The notes beneath the pieces were generated by a model. It saw only the letters and a list, made by a program, of their open reading frames with translations. It ran no database searches and was not told where the DNA came from. The position numbers and the translations under genes are program-made. A stretch of 61,921 nt of DNA, filler included, from Stramenopiles sp. TOSAG23-6 (taxonomy: Eukaryota): NCBI GenBank assembly GCA_900128565.1. It is 4 parts of 4 records of this genome, joined end to end, with 100 filler letters (N's around TTAATTAATTAA, not from the genome) between each part and the next. Parts side by side here need not be neighbours in the genome. Positions count along the whole stretch, not along the records: positions 31,069 to 46,448 come from LT636117.1; 3 more parts are not named here. The stretch is one strand, 5' to 3'. The first letter of the stretch is position 1, and each line of letters opens with the position of its first letter. Shown piece after piece: positions 33,747 through 44,599 of the stretch.

Positions 33747-34153
33747 TATATTATCATTAATGGTGTTTCTACCTAGGAGGAGGACATCATCAAGGCGATA
33801 TACCCACGTATTGCAGAGATCGACTTTTGACGCGCGCGAGTTGAGTGATTGGATTGATCAATTGACTCCAGTTGAACCCCGATTTCGTGGACCACACTAA
33901 ATTTCGTTGTAAGTCTAGTAGTATTAGATTGAATATTTTTATGTTTTGTTTATTTATAAAAGTGATTGAATATTTTTATGCATGATTACAATACTTTGTT
34001 TCTGAACATTTTACAAACAACTAGGAGTTATTTTTTATATAAACTCTGTAAAACTGTAAAATCTCTATAGATATTTTGCGCTCGACAAATTCGAAATTCG
34101 TTTATTACGAAATTTGGTACAAATTCAATTACAGTCGTTTCTTCCAAAACAGG

Positions 34154-34766
34154 TCACAAAGAACTTGGAGAGTTTTTAGATATGGGATTAGTCCACCTAC
34201 TTTCATCAGTTTCCGCATTGTACCAGTATTTTTGGCCTATTACTATGAGAATATGATACATAAAATAGTTGTGAGTTATACAATTAACTTTCAATGTCAA
34301 AAAACGAAGGAAAAAAAAAAAAAAAGGCATTTGAAAACGTACCTGTATTTGGACAGATTGCTTCTTCCCATTTATCGTTATCGTGAAGCAAACGAGCTTC
34401 TTTCGAATTTTCTCTATAAGCGAGTTCTTGCGCCCTATTCAAGTTCTGGTTTGTCATTTGGACGTCTCTCTGTTTCATACACGGAGTAGAACCAGTGGAA
34501 TGGCGTTGAACCAATAGAAACGCCCCAACTAAAAATAGAAAATACGTTGCTGATGCAAGAAAAATTTGAGTTGATACTTTGGATACATTACCCTGCTTAT
34601 ACGTTAACTCAGGGATAAAGTCTTTTTGTGTCTTTGCTAGTATGCCCAGTATACCCAGGAAGGTCCCTGCAACTGCCGAAAATATACCACAGAATGTGCA
34701 ACACTCAGCAGATAAACAAACGTGAGTTTTAGGAGCAACACTGTCAAAATTCCAATCGTCAATCAT
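34154..34766 (-). CDS. Two-TM RNASEK/V-ATPase subunit f-like protein with C-terminal WW domain (exons 34766-34343, 34235-34154)
   Basis: CLSAECCTFCGIFSAVAGTFLGILG + second TM; GT-AG intron 34236-34342 joins WEEAICPNTG-QKYWYNAETDESRWTNP. Confidence 0.7.
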
Positions 34767-34911
34767 TTCTTCTTCAAATGCTACAAAAATACACCCACTC
34801 AAATACGAAGCTTAATAATCAATAATGACAATGCAAATATTTAATAGCACTTCTCTACTTCCTACAAAGTCTTAACAAAGATGATGAGAGAGAAGGATCG
34901 TTCACTTCGAC

Positions 34912-34933
34912 TTGATTGGCCTGATTGGCCAAT
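34912..34933. promoter_or_regulatory. Clustered CCAAT/ATTGG boxes in divergent promoter
   Basis: TGATTGGCCTGATTGGCCAAT between divergently transcribed genes. Confidence 0.45.
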
Positions 34934-35144
34934 AATTCAATTTCGATTTGCACACACACATTTTTTGCATTTATTTTTGAATGCGAATTTAGCTTAGGGT
35001 TAGGTTTTTTTTAGGAGTCATTTTCAATTTTTAATTCAATTTTCATATCATTTCAAGGAATACAAAAGAAAAATGTTTAGGTAAAATGAGTGAGAGTAAT
35101 CACAAAACGATGAACCAGATTTCAGAAATTATGTGTCAATAATC

Positions 35145-38100
35145 ATGCCCAAACCTACCACTGAATCGCTCTTCTATGATGTTGATGCACTTCGGTCTGA
35201 TGATTTTCCTCACTTAAACACAGAGATATATGCAGATTATGCAGGTGCTACTTTACCAGCAAGGTCTCAGGTGACAGCAGCAACACGTGATATTCTTGAG
35301 TATCCCTTTGGTAATCCTCATTCACGAGGACCAGCTTCCCAAAGAACATTGTCTCGTGTACAGCGAGTTAGGGAAATGGTACTGGAGTACTTTAATACAT
35401 CATCCGACGATTACTCTGTAATATTTACCGCTGGTGCAACGTCAGCCCTTAAAATGGTTGGGGAGTGTTATCCTTGGAGTAAAGAGAGTAATTTTTTTTA
35501 CTTAAAGAATAGCCACAATAGTGTCGTAGGTATACGAGAATATGTACTCAAAGCTGGCGGATCTTTCAAGGCTATACATCCGTATGAATTATTTACTGAA
35601 CATGATAATACAATTGAGTCTGATCATCAGAATCCCAACTCCAGTTTTCATAAAAAAAAAAAAGATAAATGTAGCAGTAATTTAGTGGCATTTCCCGCAG
35701 AATGTAACTTTAGCGGTACGAAATATGACTTAAGTGTCATTCATTCTATTCAAAATGGTAACATCTCTAAAAGAAGTTCGAATATTTGGGGAAGTGGACG
35801 GTGGCGAATTTTACTCGTATGTCTCATGTATTTTTGTAAAATATTGTACAATTTTTGATTTTGTTTTGTTACGTACAATATTTCGTATGAAAAAAATATT
35901 TTTTTTTAACCTACGTCTTTACCATTTGATTTCAAATTTAATTTTTTTTCACAGAAAATTTTGTATTTCATGTTTTTTTTTTGTGACATATTTTTCACAG
36001 CACTTGATGCTTCTAAATATATTTCAACGAATACTTTAGACTTAGAGAAATATTCTCCTGACTATCTCGTGTTTTCGTTTTATAAATTATTTGGATTCCC
36101 TACAGGTATCGGTGCATTATTAGTAAAGCATGATGCTGCACAAGCTCTATGTCAAAATCAAGTGTATTTTGGTGGAGGTACTATTCTTAGATTAGGTTCA
36201 GAGGGATCAGAGTTATCTTCTCTACAGCGTAAATCTGCAATGAATGAACGATTTGAACATGTATGTTTTATTTTTTTTCAAATTCGATTTTTTTTTCATA
36301 CGAAATTTTGTGAACAATAAATTATAATGCCATTATAGAACTTGAGCATGGATTTGTGTTTCTTACGTCAATTTTGAAGTATCTCAATACAAACAAATTG
36401 CTTGATGCTCAAAATGATGATTATCTCAATGCATATAAAACACAAAGTACAACAATGGATAAAACAAGAATTGATACAAACCAAAACGACACAACAATGG
36501 ACAAAACAAGAATTGATACAAACCAAAACGACACTTTACAACGAATAGCAAAATTGGCAAAAACAGCAATGAAACTAGTGAATCATCAAACATTTACTCT
36601 TGCAACGTTTTTATGGTCACAAATGACAAATTCTTCATTTCAACATTTCAATGGAAATCCAGATACGTTTTCGAAATTGAATTTTTTACCTAAATTTTGT
36701 TCTATTCCAAATTTCGTACCTAATGAATAAAACCAAAAAAAAAATATTTTTTCATAATATTGGTTGTGTTATCTATGGATGGTCAAAAAAAGTAGTACAG
36801 TCACGGATGCAAGGACCAGTGATTACTTTTAACATTATTGACCATCGAGGATTCTTTATTCCGTGTACGTTTTTATCATTCATTTCCATTTTTTTTTTCG
36901 TACGAAATTTCGTACCTAACAATAAAAACTCAAAGAAAAAAAAAATTCACATTACATATACACAAGTAGAAGAAGTACTAAATAAATACAAAATTCAAGT
37001 ACGTAGTGGGTGTTTTTGCAATCCAGGGGCGTGTACGTTTTCGTTTCAATTTCGATTTTTTGTTCGTACCAAACTTTGTACCTAACGAAAAATTTAAATT
37101 TAAAGTTTTTTCACAATACATGCCAGATATTTCTGAATCTTTCGGATGATGACATTAATGCTCAATACAAAGCTGGACATGTTTGCGGTAGTGATATTGC
37201 AGTAGTGAATGTTTTATATGAATTTCTAATTTAATTATTTTTTCATACGAAATTTCGTACCTAACATTTTTTTTTTTTTGAAATATTTTTTCACAATATG
37301 TAAATGGTATGCCTACCGGTGCAATTCGTATATCTCTAGGATCTACAAGTAACATATCAGATTGTGAATTTATAATTTCAATATTACGAAAATATTTTCT
37401 TGTCAAGAAAGATCCAAACATTCGAAATTCTTTCGAGACGAAATTTGGTACAAAATTTGGTACAGATTCAACAAAAAATGTACAAAAGAGTAGTGAGATG
37501 GTTAAAGAGCTTTGGATATATCCTATAAAATCATGCTCCGGAATACGAAAGTCATCTTGGCCTATAACAGCAAAAGGCTTTTTACTTGATCGTCATTGGG
37601 TCATCATTGAAGAAAAAGAAAACAATCTATTCACAGCATTGACACAAAAGAATTGTCCACGAATGTGTATGTTTTATTTTTTTTCAAATTCGATTTTTTT
37701 TTCGTACGAAATTGTGTACCTAACAGATTTTTTTTCAAAATATTTTTCTTAAATACATGCTTAATCCAACCAAACATTCAATTGAGGTATAAAAATAAGC
37801 AACATAATACATTTTGTGGTATCCTTCAGTTGTAGATTTTCATTATTCGTTTCCTTTTTTTTTCATACGAAATTTTGTACCTAACAAAAAAAACATTTTT
37901 TTTGACCAATTTCGAATTTCTCAACTTTTTTACAACACAGGGATGCACCAGGAATGCCTACTTTACATATACCAATATCACAGCTTGGTATTTTAAAATC
38001 ATCAATCAGTAATGCACAAGTGGAATGTGGCACTGAGCAAATTGGAAATTTCTTAGGTACGAAATTTGGTACAGATTCAATTTCGAATAATAGCTTATGT

Positions 38101-39172
38101 TTGAATAAAGCTATTGTATGTGGCAGTCAGCAAAAGATTGAATTTGTCCCAGATGCAGAGAAACAAATTTCAGATTGGCTCTCAAATTTTCTTGGACTTA
38201 CCTCTGTTTTTCTCGCCATACAACCAGAAAAATCTTTTCGAAATTTTGCAAATACAAGAGGTACTATCCTTCTTATCGGCGAAAAGAGTGTGACAGATGT
38301 ACGTTTTCATGATGAATTAAAAAAAATTTCGTACAAAATTTTGTACCTAACATTTTTTTTAGTAAAAAAAAATATTTTTTCACAATATATATACGAAACC
38401 ATGACTCTATCAATAATATACCAAGTGATATATCTGAGTCATCAGTAGGTACTACATCACGATTTAAGAACTTATCTCCACATCGATTTAGGCCTAATAT
38501 TATTATTTCATCTAATACAAAAAATGTACTTTTTCATTATGAATTTCAATTTTTTTTCCATAAAATTTGTTGTACCTGATAACAACCTAATAACAACTTT
38601 TGTATTTTTAACTTTTTTACAGTACATGCGTCTTTTATAGAGGATTCTTGGAATAAAATTTTAGTAGGAAATGTCTTACTAGATTTCGTGTCTCCATGTA
38701 TGTTTTCATTTCAATTTCGTTTTTTTTTTCGTACGAAATTTTGTACCTAACAATTGTTTTTCAAATATTTTTCAAAATACATGCAATCGATGTAGAATGG
38801 TAAATATTGACCAAACCAATGGCAAAGAATCCCCTGAATTACTCATTGTACGTTTTCAACATTGAATGTCGAATTTATTATTTTTTTCATAGAATTTTTG
38901 TTTTCTCTAATGAATTATTTTAGTAAAAAAAACATATATTTTTCACAATATTTACTCTGTCGAGGTATCGAAGGCAAAAATACAAAATCTTATTTGGGCA
39001 CTTGATGAAAATAAATGAAAGACACCATTTGGATATTGATAGAAAAACTTACCAAAAGAAGAATGGTGAATCTGATATTTTAGAAAATTTTGATTGTTCA
39101 AATATTATTTGTGAAAATACTTGTATAAAAATTATTGAGAGAAGGCGCCCACCGGCTTTGTCATTATTATAA
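35145..39172 (+). CDS. MOCOS: Molybdenum cofactor sulfurase (NifS-like + MOSC domains), 13 exons
   Basis: YADYAGATL, GNPHS, FPAECNFSG, SFYKLFGFPTGIGAL, RSGCFCNPGAC, IYPIKSC, RFRPN, CNRC; continuous after removing 12 introns (intron 2 junction damaged). Confidence 0.93.
35817..38953 (+). mobile_element. Twelve introner-like introns in MOCOS: 35817-36005 (TT end), 36261-~36311 (truncated), 36663-36762 (AT-TG), 36865-36957, 37033-37121, 37207-37301 (GA-GT, or GT-AT at 37205-37299), 37667-37758, 37832-37940 (AG end), 38299-38390, 38526-38627, 38698-38782, 38848-38953 (TT end); unlabelled ones are GT-AT
   Basis: Shared motifs; removal restores conserved MOCOS motifs at each junction. Confidence 0.87.
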
Positions 39173-39255
39173 TACTAAAAAAAAAAGTTTATTTTGTTTA
39201 ATGCATTAACTAAAACCCTAGACGTTTATTATAGAATCGATGCTATAAAAAAATA

Positions 39256-42200
39256 TCATCTATTATTTGAATGCATTTTACTTTGCAAATTTGCAATTTT
39301 TTTTTCTATTTCTTCAGTCTTTTTCTTCTCAAATTCTTGTTCAACTTTAAACTTTAGAGCTTCAAATGACCTTGGAGAAGCTTTCTCAGTATCTACAATA
39401 TCTACAATATCGTTGTTGGAAATATTTGAAGCACCCCATGAAAGACCACTGGTAGGATCGTTGTTTTTCATCCATTCAGCTGTCTCTACCCATAATTTGT
39501 TATTTGGAGTGTCGCCATTTGGCACTGCGGAAAGAAAATGTTGTTTTGACATTTTATTAGCTCTAGTGGTTGTATGTGCAAAACGCATTCTACGTATATC
39601 CCGATTATACAGTTCTTTGTTTTTTTGTGCTTCTCTTTGAGCTTGCCTCATACTACCAAGGAGGTTATTAAGATGATTCAAGTTTGGGGAGAGTTGAAAT
39701 TTTTTATCTATTAATGTAGGTTTGACCCCCATGATATTCATGTTTCCCTCTCCTTTTCCCGCAGAATTTGAACTGACTTCAAGAAATGATTCATTTCCAA
39801 AACCTGTTACAAAGCCCCCTAATTGAGAAAGGCCACTTGTAATACCAGGATCATTATTTTCAATACCCGCATAATTCAGATTTTGTGTCCCTTGTATTGA
39901 TTGTTGATTGGGTACTGGTTTATTTATTGGTATTCCCGATCCTGCTCCCGAATTGGTCGTTATTTGCTGTGCTTGTCTTTGTTGATTCATCTGCTGTGCT
40001 TGCATTTGTTGATTCATTAGCTGTATCTGTTGATTCATCTGCTGGTTCATTGGTTGATTCATCTGCTGGTTCATTGGTTGATTTATTCGGTGTATATTAT
40101 CCATGTTTATATTTGGCAAAACAATGTCCAAAGAAGCTCTACTTAGTCTAGATTGTAACTGCATCTTTCGATACTGAAACAATTGAAGGATTGAACGTTG
40201 AAGGAACTTTTCTTGATTCTTTACTTCTGTATCAGTATTTGAAGCAGCATTTGAATATTGTCGGGCAACTTCTAATGCCTTCACCGAATCATCAAGCACA
40301 TCTTGACTCACATTCCCGTTTGCAGCTGCCGCTTGCATTTCCGCAACTGTTTTTAGCGACGCTTCAAAATTCTTTTGTTTTTGAGAATTTTTAGATTTAA
40401 TTTCATTCAATAGAGTAGTCATTTGAACTGTTTTTTTCTCTTGCATAACATACATACTATCATCAGTATCAGCATTTTGTTTGCGTTGTTGAATGAATGA
40501 AAAATGCGCATTTCTGTAAATTTGTTCCATTGAGGATAGCATGTTCTTTTCAGTTACAAAGATTTGTTTTGCCTGATCCACTGCACGCTTAGAAGCAGAA
40601 TTAGCATCGTCATGATAGCTACCAGCAGTGATTAAGTTTATTCGATTTTGATGTTCTATTTTTTGACCAGCCAAATAAGCATTAAGTTGAATATTGTTAT
40701 CGTGCATCTCAATTGTTGCTTTGCTTTCCTTTTGTGTAAGTTGAAGAATCATTTCTGTATTTCTTGACTTCAAGTTTTTTGTTTTCTCTTCTAAGGACGC
40801 AATTTCAAGTTCCAAAGGGGTAATTTGTTCTTTATCATTTTCTTCATCGAAAAGATTTCTTAATTTTTGGTCTGCTATTATTTTCTCAACAATACTTTTG
40901 GAGGACTCTAAAATTTGCTTCTTTGCATTTTCTAATCGAACTGCAATATTGTGTTTCAACGAATCATTTGTAATTTTTATATTCTGAACTTGTTTTTCCC
41001 AGTAACGTTCATTTCTCAATGCTACTTCTACTTTAGCTTCCTCTCCTTGGCTTTTACTGTAACTCTTGTCTTCTTTTTTCTCAGAATCTTTTAATATGGC
41101 CCATGATTTTTTAACCGCCTCTTTGACATCGCTTATTTTTTTTTTAGATTTTTTTAATTGTAATTTTGCATCCTTTATAGATTTTTCCATTACTTTTTGA
41201 GCTTTTCCTATTTCATCCAAACGTAATTTTTGTCTCTTTTCAAAGTTTTCTTTCTCGGTCTTTGCTTTCTTTTTGCGTTCTTTTTCTTCTTCCTCCTTCT
41301 TTGCCTTTGCTTCAGCTTTAACTTGCTTTAGCGGTTTACTTGAAACAAAACAGTTTACTCTATCAAATCGTTTTGATCCATCATCGCATTTGAAAAATCC
41401 TCTTTCTTCATCATCCTTTTGCTTAGCCTCATATTTCTTTTTCTCCTCTATTTGCCATTCTTTAAATTTCTTTGCTTCACTCTCAAGGTTTTTCTTGTCT
41501 TCTTCAAAACCACTGAGTTGATTTTTTCCCAAAGCTATTATATATTGTGCGGACTCAATCTCTGCCTCAGCTGTCAACTGTTTCTCACCGAAATTGTTCG
41601 AATCTCGTTCTGTTTGTGTGCCAATCTTATAAAGAGCTTGTGAAGACGATACAGTTGCCGAAGTTGCTCTTCTTAATGCTTGTGCAGCTTCTGTACTCTC
41701 CTGCTTTGCTTTTTCAAATTTTTCCACTGCCTTCTTTAAATTAGAATCAGCTTTATCCAGCTCTTTTTTAGCTTTTTCTTCTTCTACTTTGATATTTTTT
41801 TCACTTTTTGATTTTTGTTCCAATCGAATCTTTTTTTGTTTTTCGATTTGTACCTTTTTTCGTTTCTTTTGATCAGCTTCAACTTTAGTTTTCACTGAAT
41901 TCAGGCGTTCACGTGCTTTGTCAACATCCTTTTCTGCATCGTCCATTTCCTTATGTAAAAGATTTGTTCTAGTCATGGTCTCATTGTGTAGATTTTCAAT
42001 TTGAGCGTTGATTGTTTTATTTTTCAAATTGACTTGACGTATAGCGGTAACAAACATTTCCTCAGCTTGCGCCAAATTTTTGGATTTTGTGAGGTTTACT
42101 TGTTCGTTGGCAAGTTTTACTGTTTTTTTGAAATGTTTCTCTGCTTGATCAACTTTTCGTTTCAACTCCTTCAATTTCTTTTTGATCAAAACACCCGCTC

Positions 42201-44265
42201 TATGATCTTGCGTTTTGATTTTATTTTGTATTTTTTTAGCTAGTTTATCCAACTCAGACTCTTGTTCTTCATTAAAAATTGACGATGGTTTGACCACTTT
42301 TGTACTCGCTTCCATTTCAAGAAATGATGTATTTGTGCTATTTAATGTACTTGTGCTATTTTTATCTTCTTCGTCTGGATTAAAGTACAAGGATAATGAT
42401 GATCGCCTTGGAGCATTATCATCATCGGTAGTAGAATCCGTATTGTTGCTAGATGTTCCATCGGGTATAGTAGAATTACTCAATGAAATATCAAGTGTAG
42501 TAGAATCACTAGATGAAGTATCAGGTAAAGTAGAATTACTCAATGAAATATCAACCGTAGTAGAATTACTATTCGCTATTTTCTGATTCTTTTGATTTGT
42601 ATATAAAAGAACATCCATGAGAGAATTTTCAAGTGTAAGACGAAGTTCTAGTTGATCCATCATCTTTCGTTGGTAATCCATTTTTCTTGCTCTTTCAACC
42701 ACATTTTCTATTTGTTGTTCAATATCCTCGTAGGAAGACCCGAGTTGTAAACCTTCTTTTTCTGTGTTTCGAATATTAATTGTTGTAGTTTTTGTTGACC
42801 CTTCTTTTGTTGAAAAATAATGTGGCTCGAAACCTTTGTCAAAATTATACTTTACGGTTGTATTGGCGTGCTTCGTCACATCTATTGATATTGGATATGA
42901 CTTGGCAATAAATTTGTTGTCTTTTGTGAAATAACGTAAGTTGTACAATCCACTTTGCGTTAGTTCATTGCCTACATCCCATCTAAATCCTCCATCTTTT
43001 ACTGTTTCAATACCAACAGGAAACTTGTGAATAATAAATTTATTTTGTTTACCAATGGGATAGAGGCCAACATAATCTCCTGGGACATACTTTCGGTTAG
43101 ACGGTTGACCGAATTTCAAGAAGACTTTTGTACTACCCAATAATGGTTTCAGCCACTTTTTTGATTTTTTTGCGTTTTCTTTTTCTTTTTGTAGTTTATC
43201 TTGGCCAAGTGAATCTATAACAGAGTCATGGTGAATCCCCATATTTGCAGAATGATCAGAAGAATGATCAGCTCGCAATACCTTGGGAGATGTAGATGTT
43301 TCGTCACTTTCAATTCCAAGTATTGTCAGTTGCTGAAGTCTATCAAGAAATGAAGTCTCAATTATGTGACCGTTTGGCATAAATGGCATATTCATTTCTG
43401 AGTTGTTTTGTGGCTCATTATTTGGCATAAATGGCATATTCATTTCTGAGTTGTTTTGGCGCTCATTATTTAAAGTGGAAACTTTGTTTGATGATTCCAA
43501 CTCCACGAAAGAATTCACTGTCTCAGCATCAAAACCCTCCAATGATTGACTATTCAATTGTGATGAAAGACTCGTAGCACGAATGGCCATACCTACTACT
43601 TCATTTTCTGCTTTCAGGTTAAAAGCTGCCATGTCTTGTTGGACTAGATTCGCGGTAGTTCCTTTGAATCGAGCAGTGTCATTATCGCTAGGGGGAATCA
43701 AGCATGTAGATTGTGTTTCATAGCACTGTGATCTTTTCAACTGACAACCTTTTTTTCCATCAGAGCCCAAACACCAACTACAATTCGCATTGCCTAAGCA
43801 AACGCTACAGTCTTTAATGTTCAAACAATCTTCTTCACAGACGTTAAACATCCAACTACTTCCACAGATATGTGCCAAATCACCCATATTATTACCTCTA
43901 CGACATGTGGAAGTAGATGCACACCATCCACAATCAATATTTGAGGTGCACTCAGAACATGAAGCAGCTCCAAGTGCCGTACAATCATCGAGAGGATTTT
44001 TTAGCGTTAGGCTTATATCTCTATTAGTATTTTCAGAAGGTAACATACCACCTCGTAAGTGAAGACCAAGACGCTCAAATTCATTTACTGCTGCTCGAGT
44101 TTCTCTTTCAACGTACTTTATATCTTCAGCTGGAACGTCTCTATACGAGTGGATAGGAATGTCCCTTACTTCATTTTGAATAATTTGTATAGCACAAACC
44201 TTTAACCAAACTAGTATAAAGTATATGAGTGATAGAGGTTGTATAAATTTGTAATGATGCGACAT
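39256..44265 (-). CDS. Large secreted protein: signal peptide, PSI-like Cys repeats, long coiled coil, Q/N-rich tail
   Basis: Hydrophobic N-terminus; SCSECTSNIDCGWCASTSTC and DCSVCLGNANCSWC; 1669-aa intronless ORF. Confidence 0.8.
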   Translation of the reverse strand: MSHHYKFIQPLSLIYFILVWLKVCAIQIIQNEVRDIPIHSYRDVPAEDIKYVERETRAAVNEFERLGLHLRGGMLPSENTNRDISLTLKNPLDDCTALGAASCSECTSNIDCGWCASTSTCRRGNNMGDLAHICGSSWMFNVCEEDCLNIKDCSVCLGNANCSWCLGSDGKKGCQLKRSQCYETQSTCLIPPSDNDTARFKGTTANLVQQDMAAFNLKAENEVVGMAIRATSLSSQLNSQSLEGFDAETVNSFVELESSNKVSTLNNERQNNSEMNMPFMPNNEPQNNSEMNMPFMPNGHIIETSFLDRLQQLTILGIESDETSTSPKVLRADHSSDHSANMGIHHDSVIDSLGQDKLQKEKENAKKSKKWLKPLLGSTKVFLKFGQPSNRKYVPGDYVGLYPIGKQNKFIIHKFPVGIETVKDGGFRWDVGNELTQSGLYNLRYFTKDNKFIAKSYPISIDVTKHANTTVKYNFDKGFEPHYFSTKEGSTKTTTINIRNTEKEGLQLGSSYEDIEQQIENVVERARKMDYQRKMMDQLELRLTLENSLMDVLLYTNQKNQKIANSNSTTVDISLSNSTLPDTSSSDSTTLDISLSNSTIPDGTSSNNTDSTTDDDNAPRRSSLSLYFNPDEEDKNSTSTLNSTNTSFLEMEASTKVVKPSSIFNEEQESELDKLAKKIQNKIKTQDHRAGVLIKKKLKELKRKVDQAEKHFKKTVKLANEQVNLTKSKNLAQAEEMFVTAIRQVNLKNKTINAQIENLHNETMTRTNLLHKEMDDAEKDVDKARERLNSVKTKVEADQKKRKKVQIEKQKKIRLEQKSKSEKNIKVEEEKAKKELDKADSNLKKAVEKFEKAKQESTEAAQALRRATSATVSSSQALYKIGTQTERDSNNFGEKQLTAEAEIESAQYIIALGKNQLSGFEEDKKNLESEAKKFKEWQIEEKKKYEAKQKDDEERGFFKCDDGSKRFDRVNCFVSSKPLKQVKAEAKAKKEEEEKERKKKAKTEKENFEKRQKLRLDEIGKAQKVMEKSIKDAKLQLKKSKKKISDVKEAVKKSWAILKDSEKKEDKSYSKSQGEEAKVEVALRNERYWEKQVQNIKITNDSLKHNIAVRLENAKKQILESSKSIVEKIIADQKLRNLFDEENDKEQITPLELEIASLEEKTKNLKSRNTEMILQLTQKESKATIEMHDNNIQLNAYLAGQKIEHQNRINLITAGSYHDDANSASKRAVDQAKQIFVTEKNMLSSMEQIYRNAHFSFIQQRKQNADTDDSMYVMQEKKTVQMTTLLNEIKSKNSQKQKNFEASLKTVAEMQAAAANGNVSQDVLDDSVKALEVARQYSNAASNTDTEVKNQEKFLQRSILQLFQYRKMQLQSRLSRASLDIVLPNINMDNIHRINQPMNQQMNQPMNQQMNQQIQLMNQQMQAQQMNQQRQAQQITTNSGAGSGIPINKPVPNQQSIQGTQNLNYAGIENNDPGITSGLSQLGGFVTGFGNESFLEVSSNSAGKGEGNMNIMGVKPTLIDKKFQLSPNLNHLNNLLGSMRQAQREAQKNKELYNRDIRRMRFAHTTTRANKMSKQHFLSAVPNGDTPNNKLWVETAEWMKNNDPTSGLSWGASNISNNDIVDIVDTEKASPRSFEALKFKVEQEFEKKKTEEIEKKIANLQSKMHSNNR

Positions 44266-44599
44266 TTGTGGTTATATTCAGCTATGTAATGTATAGAATG
44301 TTCGAGTATAGCATGCACCACTTGTAATTGTTTTCGTGTTTCCTGCGAGTAGCTACCTCTTGCTCTTGGTTTTTAGAAATAGAAATTTTGAATTTTTTTA
44401 CACAGGAACAACGACTTTTGAAAAAAAACTGCATAATTTATGAACAAACCTGTCCCAGCGCAATTGTAACCGTCCTCCTCATCTTAGCAAAAAGGGAATC
44501 TTTGATTTTAGTCTCTTTTGTAGTTAACAAACTATGAACAATGCATTTACTTTGATTACTCATCGCGAAATTACTCTCTAAATTACACCCAATATTCGA

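Noticed and set aside
36261-36312. Truncated introns in MOCOS (and IFT81 6786-6851) as a distinct short intron class
   Set aside because: The 3' box and apparently a few exon bases are missing; repeat collapse in assembly is more likely, so they were excluded from counts
35145-39172. MOCOS, GCLC and DUSP as transposon-disrupted pseudogenes
   Set aside because: Exons are stop-free and rejoin in frame with catalytic motifs intact at essentially all junctions
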